Shown: positions 9,460 to 19,778, counted from the stretch's first letter. The stretch: DNA of 32,000 bases from Candidatus Iainarchaeum sp. (GCA_016205145.1 JACQJH010000001.1:580964-612963); one strand, 5' to 3'. Made by a program: numbers and translations. The notes: generated by a model from the sequence alone, not told the origin.

Positions 9460-12198
9460 TCACTCTAAGTAGATTGCCGGCTTTCCGGGAAAAGCGTTTT
9501 TCGCCTTTGCCGCAGGGTCGAAACTTGTTTTTTCGGCTTCTTCAACCAGAACTTCCGCGCCGAATTCCGATTCAAGTTCCTTAATGTAGAAGTCAAGACA
9601 TTGTTTTTCGTTTATCTGCGTTACTGCCTGCATTTCAACCGCTTTCCTGATGGCCTGCGAAACAAATGCCGGGATCTGCGGGCCGAGCTTTTTCAGTTCA
9701 GCGTCAGCCATGCACGCGCGGATCGCCTTTCCGACGTCCGGCTTTCCCTCTTTTTCGATTTCGGCTTTCACGATTTTGAGGCTTTTCCATTTCCATTCAG
9801 GCGCAACGTAAAGCACGATTTTTTTCGGCTTTTCAAGCTTGGCTATGCCGATTATCTGCATTATGTCCTGGCGCACGCTCTGGAAAAGCTCCTCGGCTTT
9901 CTCCGCCTTTTCGTCAATCAATTTTTCATCGGCCTCCGGCCAGGCAGCTTGCGCAACAAGCCCTTTTTCGCCGAGCGATTCCCACAATTCCTCGCATACG
10001 TGGGGTGCGAAAGGCGACAGCAATTGTGCGAGGGCCTTTGCGGCAAATGCGAAAGCAGGGCTTTTTTTGTCATCTAATTTCTGCATTGCTGTGGCAAGCT
10101 GCATTGTTTCCGAAATCGCGTAATTGAATTCGAATTTTTCGATTTGTTCGGTCGCGTTCCTTATCGCGCGGTTGGCTTTGCTGAGCAGAAGCTTTTCTTT
10201 CTGGTCGAAGGCTTTTCCGGAAATTTTTGTTTTACTTTTTGCCCCGGCCTTTGCCGCGCTTTTTATGGCATGGGCGTTTTCCTCGAACAGCAAATGAACT
10301 TTCGCCAAAAACTTGTACGCGCTTTCAACCCCGGCATCGCTCCATTCGAGTTCCTTTTCAGGCGAGGCCGTGAATAAGATGAACAGCCTTGCCGTGTCCG
10401 CACCGAACTTTTCGATTATCTCTTCGGGGCTGACGACATTGCCCAATGATTTGGACATTTTCACGCCGCCCTTCAAGACCATTCCCTGTGCCAGAAGGCG
10501 CGAGAACGGCTCGTCAAATTCCACCAAACCCAAATCGCGGAGTGCCTTGCAGAAAAACCTGCTGTACATCAGATGCAGGATTGCGTGCTCTATTCCGCCG
10601 ATGTACTGGTCGACCGGCATCCAGTATTTGGCTTCGGCTTTTGTGAATGGCTGTTTGCTTTCTTTCGGCGAGCAGTAGCGCAAAAAATACCATGAACTGT
10701 CAATGAACGTGTCCATTGTGTCGGTTTCGCGTTTCGCTTTCGCATTACATTTCGGGCATTTAGTTTCAACAAAGCTTTTGCTCGTCGCCAATGGATTTCC
10801 TCCGGCGGAAAAATCCGCGTCCTGAGGAAGCCTGACCGGCAAATCTTTTTCCGGCACCGGAACCGTGCCGCATTTTTCGCAGTAGATTATCGGAATCGGC
10901 GTGCCCCAGTATCTCTGCCGTGAAATGAGCCAGTCGCGAAGCTTGTAGTTTGTCTTTATCCTGCCCCATTTTTTCTTTTCAAGCCATTTCGAGATTTTTT
11001 CAATCGCCTTGATGTTATCCAATCCGCCGAATTCTGCGCTGTTTGCAAGTACGCCTTCATCGACAAACGCTTCCTTCATTTCATGCGCATTAAGCGTTTT
11101 GCCTTTTGGCTGGATGACGACCTTTTTCTGCAGGGAATACTTGTCTGCAAATTCAAAGTCGCGCTGGTCGTGGCATGGCACGGCCATCACGGCGCCCGTG
11201 CCGTATTCTATCAAAACATAGTCGGCGATGAAAACCGGGCAGACGTCGCCGTTGACGGGATTTGTGAAATACTTTCCGATGAACAAACCGTTTTTGGGCT
11301 TGCCTTCAGCAGTGCGCTCTATTTCGCTGAGCCTTTTGACTTCTTCCTTGAAGCGCGCGACATCGGCTTCGTATTCCGTTCCTTTAGTCCACTTTTCCAC
11401 AAGCGGGTGCTCCGGCGCCAAAACCATGTAAGTTACGCCGAACAACGTGTCCGGTCTTGTGGTAAAGCATGGAATTGTTTCCGATGAATCCTTTTCCTTG
11501 AAAAAAATTTCAACGCCCGTGCTTTTCCCGATCCAGTTGCGCTGCATTGTCCTGACGCGTTCAGGCCAGTTTTCAAGCTTGTCCAATCCGGACAGCAGTT
11601 CGTCGGCGTAGGCGGTTATTTTCAGGTACCATTGTTCAAGGTCCTTCTGCTGAACGTCGGTCTGCGAGTGCCGCCAGCATTTTCCCTGCTGGACCTGCTC
11701 GTTTGCAAGCACGGTTTCACAGGCCGGACACCAGTTGACCTTGGATTTTTTCTTGTAAACAAGGCCTTTTTTCAGCAGCTGGAGAAAAATCCACTGGTTC
11801 CACTTGTAGTATTCCGGTTCGCATGTCCTGACTTCCCTGTTCCAGTCGTAGCTGAAGCCAAGCTGTTTCTGCTGCCCCTGCATTTCCGTGATGCGCGCAT
11901 TCGTCCATTCGCGCGGATGCGCCTTGCCTTGGATTGCCGCATTTTCCGCCGGCAAACCAAAGGCATCATAGCCCATTGGATATAGGACATTGAACCCGCG
12001 CTGCCGGTAGTAGCGTGCCAGCGCGTCGCCTATCGCGTAATTGCGCACGTGGCCCATGTGCAGTTTGCCTGAAGGATAAGGGAACATTTCCAGGACATAG
12101 TATTTTTTCTTTCCCTTTTCCGGTTTTGACTCGAACGCCTTTGATTCATGCCATTTCTTCTGCCATTTCGGCTCGATGGCCTTGAAGTCGTAGGGCAT
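9460..12198 (-). CDS. leuS: leucyl-tRNA synthetase, bacterial-type sequence
   Basis: HMGH ([15 protein letters not shown]) and VKMSKSLGN motifs. Long blocks match my recollection of E. coli LeuS ([48 protein letters not shown]). Confidence 0.92.
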   Translation of the reverse strand: MPYDFKAIEPKWQKKWHESKAFESKPEKGKKKYYVLEMFPYPSGKLHMGHVRNYAIGDALARYYRQRGFNVLYPMGYDAFGLPAENAAIQGKAHPREWTNARITEMQGQQKQLGFSYDWNREVRTCEPEYYKWNQWIFLQLLKKGLVYKKKSKVNWCPACETVLANEQVQQGKCWRHSQTDVQQKDLEQWYLKITAYADELLSGLDKLENWPERVRTMQRNWIGKSTGVEIFFKEKDSSETIPCFTTRPDTLFGVTYMVLAPEHPLVEKWTKGTEYEADVARFKEEVKRLSEIERTAEGKPKNGLFIGKYFTNPVNGDVCPVFIADYVLIEYGTGAVMAVPCHDQRDFEFADKYSLQKKVVIQPKGKTLNAHEMKEAFVDEGVLANSAEFGGLDNIKAIEKISKWLEKKKWGRIKTNYKLRDWLISRQRYWGTPIPIIYCEKCGTVPVPEKDLPVRLPQDADFSAGGNPLATSKSFVETKCPKCNAKAKRETDTMDTFIDSSWYFLRYCSPKESKQPFTKAEAKYWMPVDQYIGGIEHAILHLMYSRFFCKALRDLGLVEFDEPFSRLLAQGMVLKGGVKMSKSLGNVVSPEEIIEKFGADTARLFILFTASPEKELEWSDAGVESAYKFLAKVHLLFEENAHAIKSAAKAGAKSKTKISGKAFDQKEKLLLSKANRAIRNATEQIEKFEFNYAISETMQLATAMQKLDDKKSPAFAFAAKALAQLLSPFAPHVCEELWESLGEKGLVAQAAWPEADEKLIDEKAEKAEELFQSVRQDIMQIIGIAKLEKPKKIVLYVAPEWKWKSLKIVKAEIEKEGKPDVGKAIRACMADAELKKLGPQIPAFVSQAIRKAVEMQAVTQINEKQCLDFYIKELESEFGAEVLVEEAEKTSFDPAAKAKNAFPGKPAIYLE

Positions 12199-12220
12199 AG
12201 CAGAAAATAGCGAAAAACGG

Positions 12221-12228
12221 TTTAAAAG
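12221..12228 (-). promoter_or_regulatory. TATA box for leuS (minus-strand reading CCTTTTAAACC); centre about 27 nt upstream of ATG 12198
   Basis: Same box type and spacing as the other promoters in this window. Confidence 0.45.
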
Positions 12229-12256
12229 GATTTGCGGCGGGCGGAAAAAACACCGT

Positions 12257-14290
12257 TCAGGTTACCATTGTGGCCTCTGTTTTCCAGCCCAATTCAACCA
12301 GTTTTTCCACGTTTTTTCTGCCGGTTTCAGTGGAATTGTCGACCCATATTTCTATCTTGTCGCCGCGCGGGCACTGGCACGCCATGCAGACAATTGTTCC
12401 AGGCGGTGCCGGAATGTTTTTGTATGAAACAACCGGAATGCCGTGGACGATTGAATAATATTCCTTTAATATTTCTTCTTCTGTCGGCGCCCTGATGTAA
12501 ACTCTGTTCAGGTCAGCATGCCATTTCTCCCACGGGTTTTCGCCGCATTGGATCGGCGCGTATGTGAGGACGGTTGTCGAAACATTTTTTTCGCCGATCG
12601 TGAATTCATCGCTTTGGGCTGTTGAGCCGTTCCCTTCCCAAATTTTTTCATTGTCATAATAGGTTATTCGCGCCTTGAATGTTCCGGTTGCCATGGTCTG
12701 CACCGGCATGGGTTCGCCGTTGACCCATTCCTTTCCGTCCCATTCTATTTCCCTTGACTGGCCCGGCTTCAGTTCGTCCGCGCTTGGCGCGCATGCCGCC
12801 ATTATCAGGGGATTTGAAATCTGCACCGGCTTCCATTCCCCGTTTTCAAGGCGGATGATTGAAAGCGGCCCGCACAGCACTGTGCCGGGCTGGATGAAAA
12901 CGCTTTTGTCCGAATCATTTGTCGCGGTAATTTTCACGGTTTCGCCCGAGGAATAGCTTTGCCTGTCGGTCTTGGCTTCAACTTTTCCGTTTCCGGGTTG
13001 TTCGCGTATTTTGACCAGCACATACATTTGCCTGATTTCCTTTGTCGGCTTGACGCTGTATTCAGATGGAACCTGTTCGTCGTACCAGCTTTGCGGCAGC
13101 ACGTAACTCAGGCGCTGCCACGTCCCGGCATTTGTCGGATAAAACATGTTCTTGTACCAGGCATTCGCAAAAGCGTTCGCCTCGCTCTTGGTGAAGCCTT
13201 TGCTTGTCAGGTCGTTTTCAAGCAGCTTTGCGTCGGGCGTGAAATCCTTCAGTTCAAGCGCGACAGTTTGCCCGGCATCGATTTTTTCGGCTGTTGCGGC
13301 TTCGACATTCGTTTCCCAGAACCCGCCGCCGTTGCTTGCAACAAATCTTGCATTGTAAACGGCAAAATCGTTGCCGTTGGTGAGGCTTACCGAATTGCCG
13401 TTTCTCTTTGCCTTGACCCTGTTTTCGAATTGCATTTCTCCTTCGTAAAACAAAAATTTGTGCTTTTTCCCGTCGATCCACAGGTCATCCGAATCAACGT
13501 TTCCGAGTTGCGGTTCAATGGATTCGATCGGCGGGCGGTAACCCTTGCTTGTGGCAAGTGCCCTGGATGGTGTTTCCTGTTTCAGTGAAACACTGCTCCA
13601 GCCCGCGGTTTTGCCGTCTGCGGTTCCGCCGGGATAGACGTCCGTGACCTTTCCGCTTGGAAGGGTGTATTTCGCCGAAAATTTGTCAACATTTTTTGCA
13701 TGAAAGTAAACAATTGGAAGTTTTACCATTGCATCCACTTCGGGCCTGCTTGTCAGAATCGCATTTGATTCGTTTTCGTGGGCTTCTATTACGCCCCACT
13801 CGTGAGCCTCGAATTTGTAATCCGTGGGTGGCGGTTCATTGTCTGGAATTTTTCCCGGATATTTTTCGAAAACAACGGGTTTTGCTGTTTTTGGAATCTT
13901 GATTATGTGATATGGCTGCACGAATGCCTGCGTGCACATTGCACCCTCCGAAGGTTCCGGCTTGTCGACAAGCGCGTAAACGTTCGACTGGGTCTGGCGC
14001 ACATCCTTTATTTCAATTGTGTAACAGCCATTCGGTTTCGAACCGAGCGCTGCCGCAATGACAGTGTATTTGTCAAAATCCATTTCAGGCATCTCTGGCT
14101 GCGGCGAAACGTTCTGCTTCAATTCCGACCAAAAACCGGCGAAGGATTTGGCATCATTGAAGACAAGGTTTCTTGCAGCCTGGATTCCGGAATTCTGGCC
14201 TTTTTCAACGGTTTCAAAGCCGACTTTTTCAATGCAGCCTGCCAGAACAAGGATTGAAAGCAGTGCGAGCGCGGCCAGGATTTTTTTCAT
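12257..14290 (-). CDS. large secreted lipoprotein, function unknown (PrcB-like N-terminal region, BsuPI-like Ig region)
   Basis: [19 protein letters not shown] signal peptide with lipobox. ATG 14290 is preceded by GGTGG. The block [13 protein letters not shown] resembles the PrcB C-terminal motif. [18 protein letters not shown]...[13 protein letters not shown] resembles BsuPI-type inhibitor folds. The domain calls are from memory only. Confidence 0.75.
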   Translation of the reverse strand: MKKILAALALLSILVLAGCIEKVGFETVEKGQNSGIQAARNLVFNDAKSFAGFWSELKQNVSPQPEMPEMDFDKYTVIAAALGSKPNGCYTIEIKDVRQTQSNVYALVDKPEPSEGAMCTQAFVQPYHIIKIPKTAKPVVFEKYPGKIPDNEPPPTDYKFEAHEWGVIEAHENESNAILTSRPEVDAMVKLPIVYFHAKNVDKFSAKYTLPSGKVTDVYPGGTADGKTAGWSSVSLKQETPSRALATSKGYRPPIESIEPQLGNVDSDDLWIDGKKHKFLFYEGEMQFENRVKAKRNGNSVSLTNGNDFAVYNARFVASNGGGFWETNVEAATAEKIDAGQTVALELKDFTPDAKLLENDLTSKGFTKSEANAFANAWYKNMFYPTNAGTWQRLSYVLPQSWYDEQVPSEYSVKPTKEIRQMYVLVKIREQPGNGKVEAKTDRQSYSSGETVKITATNDSDKSVFIQPGTVLCGPLSIIRLENGEWKPVQISNPLIMAACAPSADELKPGQSREIEWDGKEWVNGEPMPVQTMATGTFKARITYYDNEKIWEGNGSTAQSDEFTIGEKNVSTTVLTYAPIQCGENPWEKWHADLNRVYIRAPTEEEILKEYYSIVHGIPVVSYKNIPAPPGTIVCMACQCPRGDKIEIWVDNSTETGRKNVEKLVELGWKTEATMVT

Positions 14291-14399
14291 CAAACCACCA
14301 TTTGTTGCATTTTTGCCTATACGCACTATGGCTTTTGGTATTTAAAGGGCTTTTTGTTTGCTTAGGTAAAAGGCTAACGCTGGAATTTGCCTTGGAAAA

Positions 14400-17087
14400 T
14401 CAGTTGGAAAGCAGGTGCTTCAGTTTCTGTGAATTCTGCGTTGAGCCGCGCGCGATTTTCGCGTTGCCGCCGCCTTTTCCGCCGGATTCCGCGAGGATTT
14501 TCTGCAGTTCGGCCTGCGCGTTTGCACTGCTGTCCCGGCCCGCGACTATTGCAATGCCTTCTGGCGAGCCGAGCAAAACAATTGCGTCTTTTCTTTCCGA
14601 GGCGATCTGCAATGCAAGCTTGAACAGCAGTTCGGAGTTCATGTTGTCGAAGAAATGGCCGATCCTGCCGCCGTGGGTTTGCAAAAGCTTTTTGACCACA
14701 AGCTCGGAGAGCCTTTCGTTGATCTGGCTGATTTCCTTTTTCTGTTCCTTCCATTCGGAGAAAAAGCGCTGCGTCGCCTTGGGCAAATCCGGCACCGGCA
14801 CGTTGAGGTTTTGCGCGGATTCTTCCAGCAATTTTTCCTGCTGGTGCGAATGCCTTATCGCGGCCTCTCCTGCAACATAGACAATTCTTTCGATTCCGTC
14901 CTGCACGCCTTCGCGTTTCACGATTTTGAATGCGCCTATTTCGCCTGTCCTTGAAACGTGCGTTCCGCCGCACGCTTCCACGTCGATGCCTTCGACCTGC
15001 ACGACCCTCAATTCTTTTCCTGGCACATAGCCGCCCTGGTAGAGGCTGAAGCCGAATTTTTCCTCGGCCTTGTTGCGCGGCATGAAAGAAACTTGCACCG
15101 GCACGTTCTGCTGGATGAAAGCGTTCACCAGAAGCTCGAGCTGGTTGAGCTCTTCGCGCGAAATTTTCCTGAAATGCGTGATGTCCAGGTGCGCCTTGTC
15201 CTCGCCCTTGTGCGCGCCGGCCTGCCAGATGTGCCTGCCGAACAATTCCTTGCTTGCCGCATTCAGCAGGTGCGCGCCGGTGTGATGCGCCTTCAATTGT
15301 ACCCTTCTTTTCCAGTCGATTTCCCCGAAAACCTTTTTGCCTTTCCTGAATTTTGAAGCGTCTTTGACTTCGTGCAGTACAACGCCTTCAATTTTCTGCG
15401 TGTCCAAAACCGGAACGCCGTCGATTGCGCCGGTGTCGCCGGCCTGTCCGCCGCCCTCGGCATAAAACGCGGTCTTGTCCAGAATGAGATAGTTTTCAAT
15501 CGTTCCAAGAACGGTTGCATTGAAATTGCGCAGATTCTGGTCCTCGTAGTAAAGCATTTTCGTTTTTTTGAAGCCGGAAACGTTAAGCGCTTTCTGTTTC
15601 GCCTCGTCTTCCTTTTCGTTTTTCCTCGCAACCGAACCATAAAAGTCGTCGGGCGCGCTGAATTCAAAGCCGTGCTTTTTCGCAATCTCTTCCACCAGTT
15701 CGAGCGGGATGCCGTCGCTTTCATACAGCCTGACAAGCTCCTTTTCATCGATGCTTTTGCCCTCGCTTTTCTTCCTTTCAACCAGGGCGGAAACTTTTTT
15801 CTGGCTGAATTCGCGCAGTTCCGAGAACTTTTTGCGTTCTTCGGCTATGACGTCAATCGCCGTCGAAACGCCTTCGCCGACGGTGTCATCAAAGCCCTTC
15901 AATTGTTTTGCGTGCCCCGCCAGTATTTCCTCGAAATCGAGATTGAGGCCGAATTCCTCGTTGAAGCCGAAAACCCTTCTCAGAAGAAGGCGCAGGTTGT
16001 ACCCTCCGCCGGCATTGCTCGGCAGCATTCCATCCGTTGCAGTGTAAAGGATTGTTTTGGTGTGGTCGGCGATGGCGTAAACCGCCTGGAGGCGGCGCAT
16101 TTTGGAAAAGAGTTCTTTCTCGTCGAAGCCAAGCTGTTTTGCGATTTTCTTTTTCTGTTCGCCGATGTTAGATGCTTCGTCCACATTGAGGCTGCCGGAC
16201 AGCTTTGCGAATTCAAGCAGGAGCTTTTTGTCTATGTCTATGCCGGCGGCTTTTTTCATTTTTTCCGCGACCTGTCCGAAAGTGATTTCATAGCTTGTCG
16301 GGTTTCCGTTCGTGAACCACGCCAATCTCTCCAAACCGGCGCCCATGTCAATCACGCGCGTTGAAAGCTCCTCGAACTTTCCCCCGCCGAGTTCCTTGAA
16401 CTGCATGAAAACGCAGTTTCCCAATTCCAAGCCGTTGCAGAAATATTCTATGCACGGGCCGAAAGTTCCGCCGCCGGCCCAGACGTCTTCCTTGAAAATC
16501 ACTTCCTCTTTTTTTGCACCCAAAACCTTTGTCACGTAAGTGAAATCATGGTGCAACGCCTCGTCTTTCCAATAAAAGTTTCCGGTCTTTTTAGAGTTGA
16601 ATGCGTGCTGGCCGAACATGACAAAGCACGTGTAATGCGAACCCGTAACGCCGACATTCGTGATGTCGCCGAACCTGAGGGAAGTCTGCGGCACTATGAG
16701 GGGGTTTGCCGGCGGCTCGATTTCCCCGGAAACCACGTACGGCTGGAAGTCTATGATCGAAGCGTTTGTGAAATAGAGGTCGTCGCGCCACCTGCAGACA
16801 GTGGGATAACGCTTGATTTCGGTGTGCCCCTGCTTTTTGAAGTATTTTGCTATTTCGGCCCAGGTTTCAGTGTAACCCAGCCTTTTCGTCGGCTTGCCTA
16901 TGAAACCGTAGCCCACGCATTTCGAGTCAGCGCAGATTTCCCTGCCCGAATCGAGGGTCCAGAAATGCGTTTTGCAGCTTTTGCACTGTTTGCGCGAATA
17001 GCCCTTTTCAATCAGGGTTTCAACCTTGTAGTGCTTCTGCCATTCCTCGGCAAACTTCTTGCGCAGAATGGTCTTGTCCATTGCCAT
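14400..17087 (-). CDS. alaS: alanyl-tRNA synthetase, archaeal type
   Basis: Archaeal AlaRS N-terminus (CKSCKTHFWTLD...FIGKP...RYPTVCRWRDD), editing-domain motifs HHTGAHLL and CGGTHV, and C-terminal GGKGGGN. ATG 17081 is a possible alternative start. Confidence 0.92.
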   Translation of the reverse strand: MAMDKTILRKKFAEEWQKHYKVETLIEKGYSRKQCKSCKTHFWTLDSGREICADSKCVGYGFIGKPTKRLGYTETWAEIAKYFKKQGHTEIKRYPTVCRWRDDLYFTNASIIDFQPYVVSGEIEPPANPLIVPQTSLRFGDITNVGVTGSHYTCFVMFGQHAFNSKKTGNFYWKDEALHHDFTYVTKVLGAKKEEVIFKEDVWAGGGTFGPCIEYFCNGLELGNCVFMQFKELGGGKFEELSTRVIDMGAGLERLAWFTNGNPTSYEITFGQVAEKMKKAAGIDIDKKLLLEFAKLSGSLNVDEASNIGEQKKKIAKQLGFDEKELFSKMRRLQAVYAIADHTKTILYTATDGMLPSNAGGGYNLRLLLRRVFGFNEEFGLNLDFEEILAGHAKQLKGFDDTVGEGVSTAIDVIAEERKKFSELREFSQKKVSALVERKKSEGKSIDEKELVRLYESDGIPLELVEEIAKKHGFEFSAPDDFYGSVARKNEKEDEAKQKALNVSGFKKTKMLYYEDQNLRNFNATVLGTIENYLILDKTAFYAEGGGQAGDTGAIDGVPVLDTQKIEGVVLHEVKDASKFRKGKKVFGEIDWKRRVQLKAHHTGAHLLNAASKELFGRHIWQAGAHKGEDKAHLDITHFRKISREELNQLELLVNAFIQQNVPVQVSFMPRNKAEEKFGFSLYQGGYVPGKELRVVQVEGIDVEACGGTHVSRTGEIGAFKIVKREGVQDGIERIVYVAGEAAIRHSHQQEKLLEESAQNLNVPVPDLPKATQRFFSEWKEQKKEISQINERLSELVVKKLLQTHGGRIGHFFDNMNSELLFKLALQIASERKDAIVLLGSPEGIAIVAGRDSSANAQAELQKILAESGGKGGGNAKIARGSTQNSQKLKHLLSN

Positions 17088-17103
17088 GGCGGTTCACTTT
17101 TAG

Positions 17104-17111
17104 ATTTAAAT
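17104..17111 (-). promoter_or_regulatory. TATA box (ATTTAAAT) for alaS
   Basis: The centre is 20 nt from ATG 17087 and about 27 nt from ATG 17081. Confidence 0.4.
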
Positions 17112-17145
17112 CCGGACGCTGTTTTAACCTATTAGGCGTGCAAAG

Positions 17146-17153
17146 ATTTAAAA
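17146..17153 (+). promoter_or_regulatory. TATA box (ATTTAAAA) for the 17176 ORF, divergent from the alaS box
   Basis: The centre is about 27 nt upstream of ATG 17176, which implies a leaderless mRNA. Confidence 0.45.
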
Positions 17154-17175
17154 TCATTGGATTCGAATTGTTTGC

Positions 17176-17610
17176 ATGCGACCCAGGCGCAGGATAAACC
17201 GGCACATGATTGCGCGCAATCGTGCCACGGTGCGGGCCAGGCGCAGGGAAAAATCCCGGGCGCATGCGGAAACCTCGCACATCGAAAATCTGCGCACGGA
17301 AAGAGCTGCCGAGCATGAGCAATTTGTGATGGCTTCGGGGGACAGGACAAGCCTTCTTGAGGGCATTGAAGCAAATCTTGCCGGCATGGTGCGCTTGCTT
17401 GGGCGCGGCAGGCGGTTTTCGGACTTGCATATGCATGCTGAGGCGGCAATAGGGGGTTTTGAGCATTTGCTTGAAGTGGGCGGCCTGTCGGACTTGCAAT
17501 CCCGTGCATGTTCGGACTTTATTGAAATTTTGAGGCGCGAAAACTTGTCCGCTGAGGACGTCCTGGGCGTCTGGCGGAAAACGTGCCTGCTTAAACTTGA
17601 TAACTCCTGA
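17176..17610 (+). CDS. hypothetical protein with an Arg-rich N-terminus
   Basis: 144-aa ORF starting at an ATG correctly spaced from a TATA box. The C-terminal two thirds have protein-like composition (LLEGIEANLAGMVRLL...DFIEILRRENLSAEDVLGVW). The overlapping minus-strand ORFs are P/R/A/C-rich junk. I recognise no family. Confidence 0.5.
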   Translation: MRPRRRINRHMIARNRATVRARRREKSRAHAETSHIENLRTERAAEHEQFVMASGDRTSLLEGIEANLAGMVRLLGRGRRFSDLHMHAEAAIGGFEHLLEVGGLSDLQSRACSDFIEILRRENLSAEDVLGVWRKTCLLKLDNS

Positions 17611-17664
17611 TTTTTTCCCGGTTGCAATTGGAAAAAGCGTTTGGCCGAAGATTGGGGCCAAAAG

Positions 17665-17950
17665 TAAGGGCAGCGGGTGGTAAGCCGCCTTCTGTTCTGA
17701 ACTGGCATCCGTCTAAGCGTGCGACAAAGGCACTTGCACTGCAGCCTTTTCCGGCCGTTTCATCCTCGCGAAAAGAAGCTCAATTTTTTATCATCGTGCC
17801 TTTCCGCGGGTTCGTTTCTGTTCCGGAAAACCGGGAAACCCTTTCGGGTTCCCTTGGCTTAAGCAGTGGGCGGACTTTCCTCAGCCGAAAACCATTGAAG
17901 GTTTTTGCCGCATTGAAGCGGCTTGGCCGTGAGCCAGCCTCCCGCTACCC
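17665..17950 (-). ncRNA. rnpB: RNase P RNA (archaeal)
   Basis: The minus strand reads GGGTAGCGGGAGGCTGG...GGCTGAGGAAAGTCCGCCCAC (CR-I) ...GGATGAAACGGCC...CAGAACAGAAGGCGGCTTACCACCCGCTGCCC. The P1 helix (GGGTAGCGGG with CCCGCTGCCC) and the P4 helix (AAGTCCGCC with GGCGGCTT) can both form. A TATA box is centred about 27 nt upstream of the 5' G. Confidence 0.85.
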
Positions 17951-17972
17951 TATAAGAATTGGCTTTCGAGGG

Positions 17973-17980
17973 CTTAAAAA
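17973..17980 (-). promoter_or_regulatory. TATA box for RNase P RNA (minus-strand reading GGTTTTTAAGCC)
   Basis: The centre is about 27 nt upstream of the first G of the P1 helix (17950). Confidence 0.5.
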
Positions 17981-18083
17981 CCTTTGTTTTTTGGCTTTTT
18001 TTCCCGCCGCAAAAAACCATCGTTATGTTTAAGTTAGATGGGTATTTAAGCCATTGTTTGAAAAAGTTGGGTTGGTGGGGGTA

Positions 18084-18731
18084 ATGGCGAATCATAGTCT
18101 GCGCCGCGCGCGCAAGCCGGCAATTCCTGTGCTGTTACAGCTTGTAAGGGAGCCTGAAAAGGAGGTTGCCTTTGCCAGAATCGGCGGCAGGTGGCAGTAT
18201 ATCCGCGGCCAGGAACGCACAAGGGCGAGCGTTTCATGGTATGCGGAATACGAGCATTCCCTGCATTCGCACACCGAAGGCATCAGCGTCAGGCCGTTCA
18301 GAATCCGCGGAAAAGAATTCGAACTGCTGGAAGAGGCGCACGAGCTTTACACGAGCCCATGGGATGTCATGGACCTGCTGAATTTCGGAAAATCCGGGGA
18401 CATCGCTTACATGCTCGATGGCAGGGTTGCGGCATACCTTTTCCTCAAAAAAATTCCCGGCACTCCGCTCGGCATTCCCACAAGAAAATTTTCAAAGGCC
18501 CAGAAAGCGCTTGTGAAAAACCTTCTCGACTGGTACTGCCTGAGGCGCAAAATCAGGCTGGAAGGCGTTTCCGCAAGGGATATGAAAAAGCTTTTGCAGG
18601 CCGTGCATTTCATCAGGCGCGCCAAAAACTGGGCTAAAGCAGGCCTGAAAGCCGAATGGGCGGTAAAGCACGGCTTCAGGCGCGTGAGGAACAGGCTCGG
18701 ATTCGATTACATTGTCAAAGACAGGCAATAG
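18084..18731 (+). CDS. hypothetical protein (215 aa)
   Basis: ATG 18084 is preceded by GGTGGGGG. Balanced amino-acid composition with a basic C-terminal half. No motif recognised. Confidence 0.6.
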   Translation: MANHSLRRARKPAIPVLLQLVREPEKEVAFARIGGRWQYIRGQERTRASVSWYAEYEHSLHSHTEGISVRPFRIRGKEFELLEEAHELYTSPWDVMDLLNFGKSGDIAYMLDGRVAAYLFLKKIPGTPLGIPTRKFSKAQKALVKNLLDWYCLRRKIRLEGVSARDMKKLLQAVHFIRRAKNWAKAGLKAEWAVKHGFRRVRNRLGFDYIVKDRQ

Positions 18732-18752
18732 CCTGCCTGTTTTTCCAAAGCC

Positions 18753-19388
18753 TTATCCTTTCTTTTCAAAACGAATGTTGTATCCGGCTTCAATGGAATT
18801 TCCCACCGGAATTTCGATGAACGTGCCGGCAACCTTGCAGCCCCAAAATCGCTTTTCCTTAGAGATTTTCTCAAGGAACCTGAACCCCTGTTCGTCCATG
18901 TTCGCATGCCACCTGTGCTCTTCGCCGACTGCAAACCAGAGCCTGACCGAAAGAAAGGCCCTGCCGCCATCAGCGAGGCAGGCGCAGATTTTTTGGAAAA
19001 CCCTTTCGGTTTCGCCCACCTCATGCAATGCGCGGAAGGAAAACAGAATGTCGATGTTTTCCGGCAAATCCATTTCGACTGCGTCGCCTTGCAGGAACAA
19101 GTCAAACTGGTTGCTTTCAGGCTCAACCAAATCAACGCCAACGCAAAAAACCCTTTCGCCGAACAGCTTTTTCAGTTCGGCCATCGCCTTGCCGGAACCG
19201 CAGCCCAAATCCAAAATTCTCGCGCATTTCTTTTTCTGCAGCACTTCTTCAGCCAGCGCCTTGATTGTACTGCCTTTTGCAATCTGGTCAAGTATGCGGT
19301 CGTATTCCGCAAGAGACTGCTGCATGTCGACAATGCCGAGCGAATACTTTTTCCTCTGGTCTTCGGCTTCCGGCCTCACGTGCATCAC
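18753..19388 (-). CDS. class I SAM-dependent methyltransferase
   Basis: Motif I ILDLGCGSGKAM, an acidic residue at the end of beta2 (GVDL), and post-I/II blocks (LQGDAVEMDLP, LADGGRAFL). Confidence 0.8.
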   Translation of the reverse strand: MMHVRPEAEDQRKKYSLGIVDMQQSLAEYDRILDQIAKGSTIKALAEEVLQKKKCARILDLGCGSGKAMAELKKLFGERVFCVGVDLVEPESNQFDLFLQGDAVEMDLPENIDILFSFRALHEVGETERVFQKICACLADGGRAFLSVRLWFAVGEEHRWHANMDEQGFRFLEKISKEKRFWGCKVAGTFIEIPVGNSIEAGYNIRFEKKG

Positions 19389-19394
19389 CCCCGG

Positions 19395-19778
19395 TTAAAT
19401 GACCGCCGCCTGCCCTGTCTTTTTGAAATGCCGGTCGCCGGTGAAAATTCTGGCCTCTTGCTCTATCGCCGTCGCCAGAATTATCGAATCAGCGAGGGAA
19501 AGGCCCAATTGCAGGCTGAGTTCTGCTGCATGAATTGCGGTCCTTTCTGTAAGTGCCAGTACAGTGGTCGAATCTATTATGTGGGCAATTGCAAGGAGTG
19601 CCTTCTTTTCGCCGGCATCCCTTTTAATCTTCTTGAAGACTTCAAAAAGCACGATCGTCGGAGTGAAATGCGTTTGCTTGGATGCCTTTTCTATAAGCGG
19701 CGCATACCTGCCGGCTTTCGGGGCATTTGCAAAATACTCTATCCAGCCACTGGAATCAATCAAAACGTTCACTTTCAT
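19395..19778 (-). CDS. vapC: PIN-domain toxin
   Basis: 127 aa. The conserved acidic positions fit a PIN domain (VLIDSS, LFEV, LADSI, TGDRHF). Overlaps the upstream antitoxin gene by 23 nt. Confidence 0.85.
   Translation of the reverse strand: MKVNVLIDSSGWIEYFANAPKAGRYAPLIEKASKQTHFTPTIVLFEVFKKIKRDAGEKKALLAIAHIIDSTTVLALTERTAIHAAELSLQLGLSLADSIILATAIEQEARIFTGDRHFKKTGQAAVI

Noticed and set aside
9601-17135. Plus-strand ORFs opposite leuS, the lipoprotein gene and alaS (e.g. 9601-10077, 11083-11487, 12959-13588, 13778-14257, 14173-14880, 15372-16364, 16548-17135)
   Set aside because: These are shadow frames of well-supported minus-strand genes.
17020-17708. Minus-strand ORFs 17020-17661, 17132-17509 and 17154-17708
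   Set aside because: Their translations are P/R/A/C-rich, typical of the antisense frame of G+C-rich coding DNA. They have no promoter or RBS support and conflict with the better-supported + strand ORF 17176-17610.
17622-18095. ORFs 17622-18032 (+) and 17859-18095 (-), annotated by size as possible proteins
   Set aside because: They overlap the RNase P RNA gene and its promoter. Their translations are low-complexity with no start-site support.
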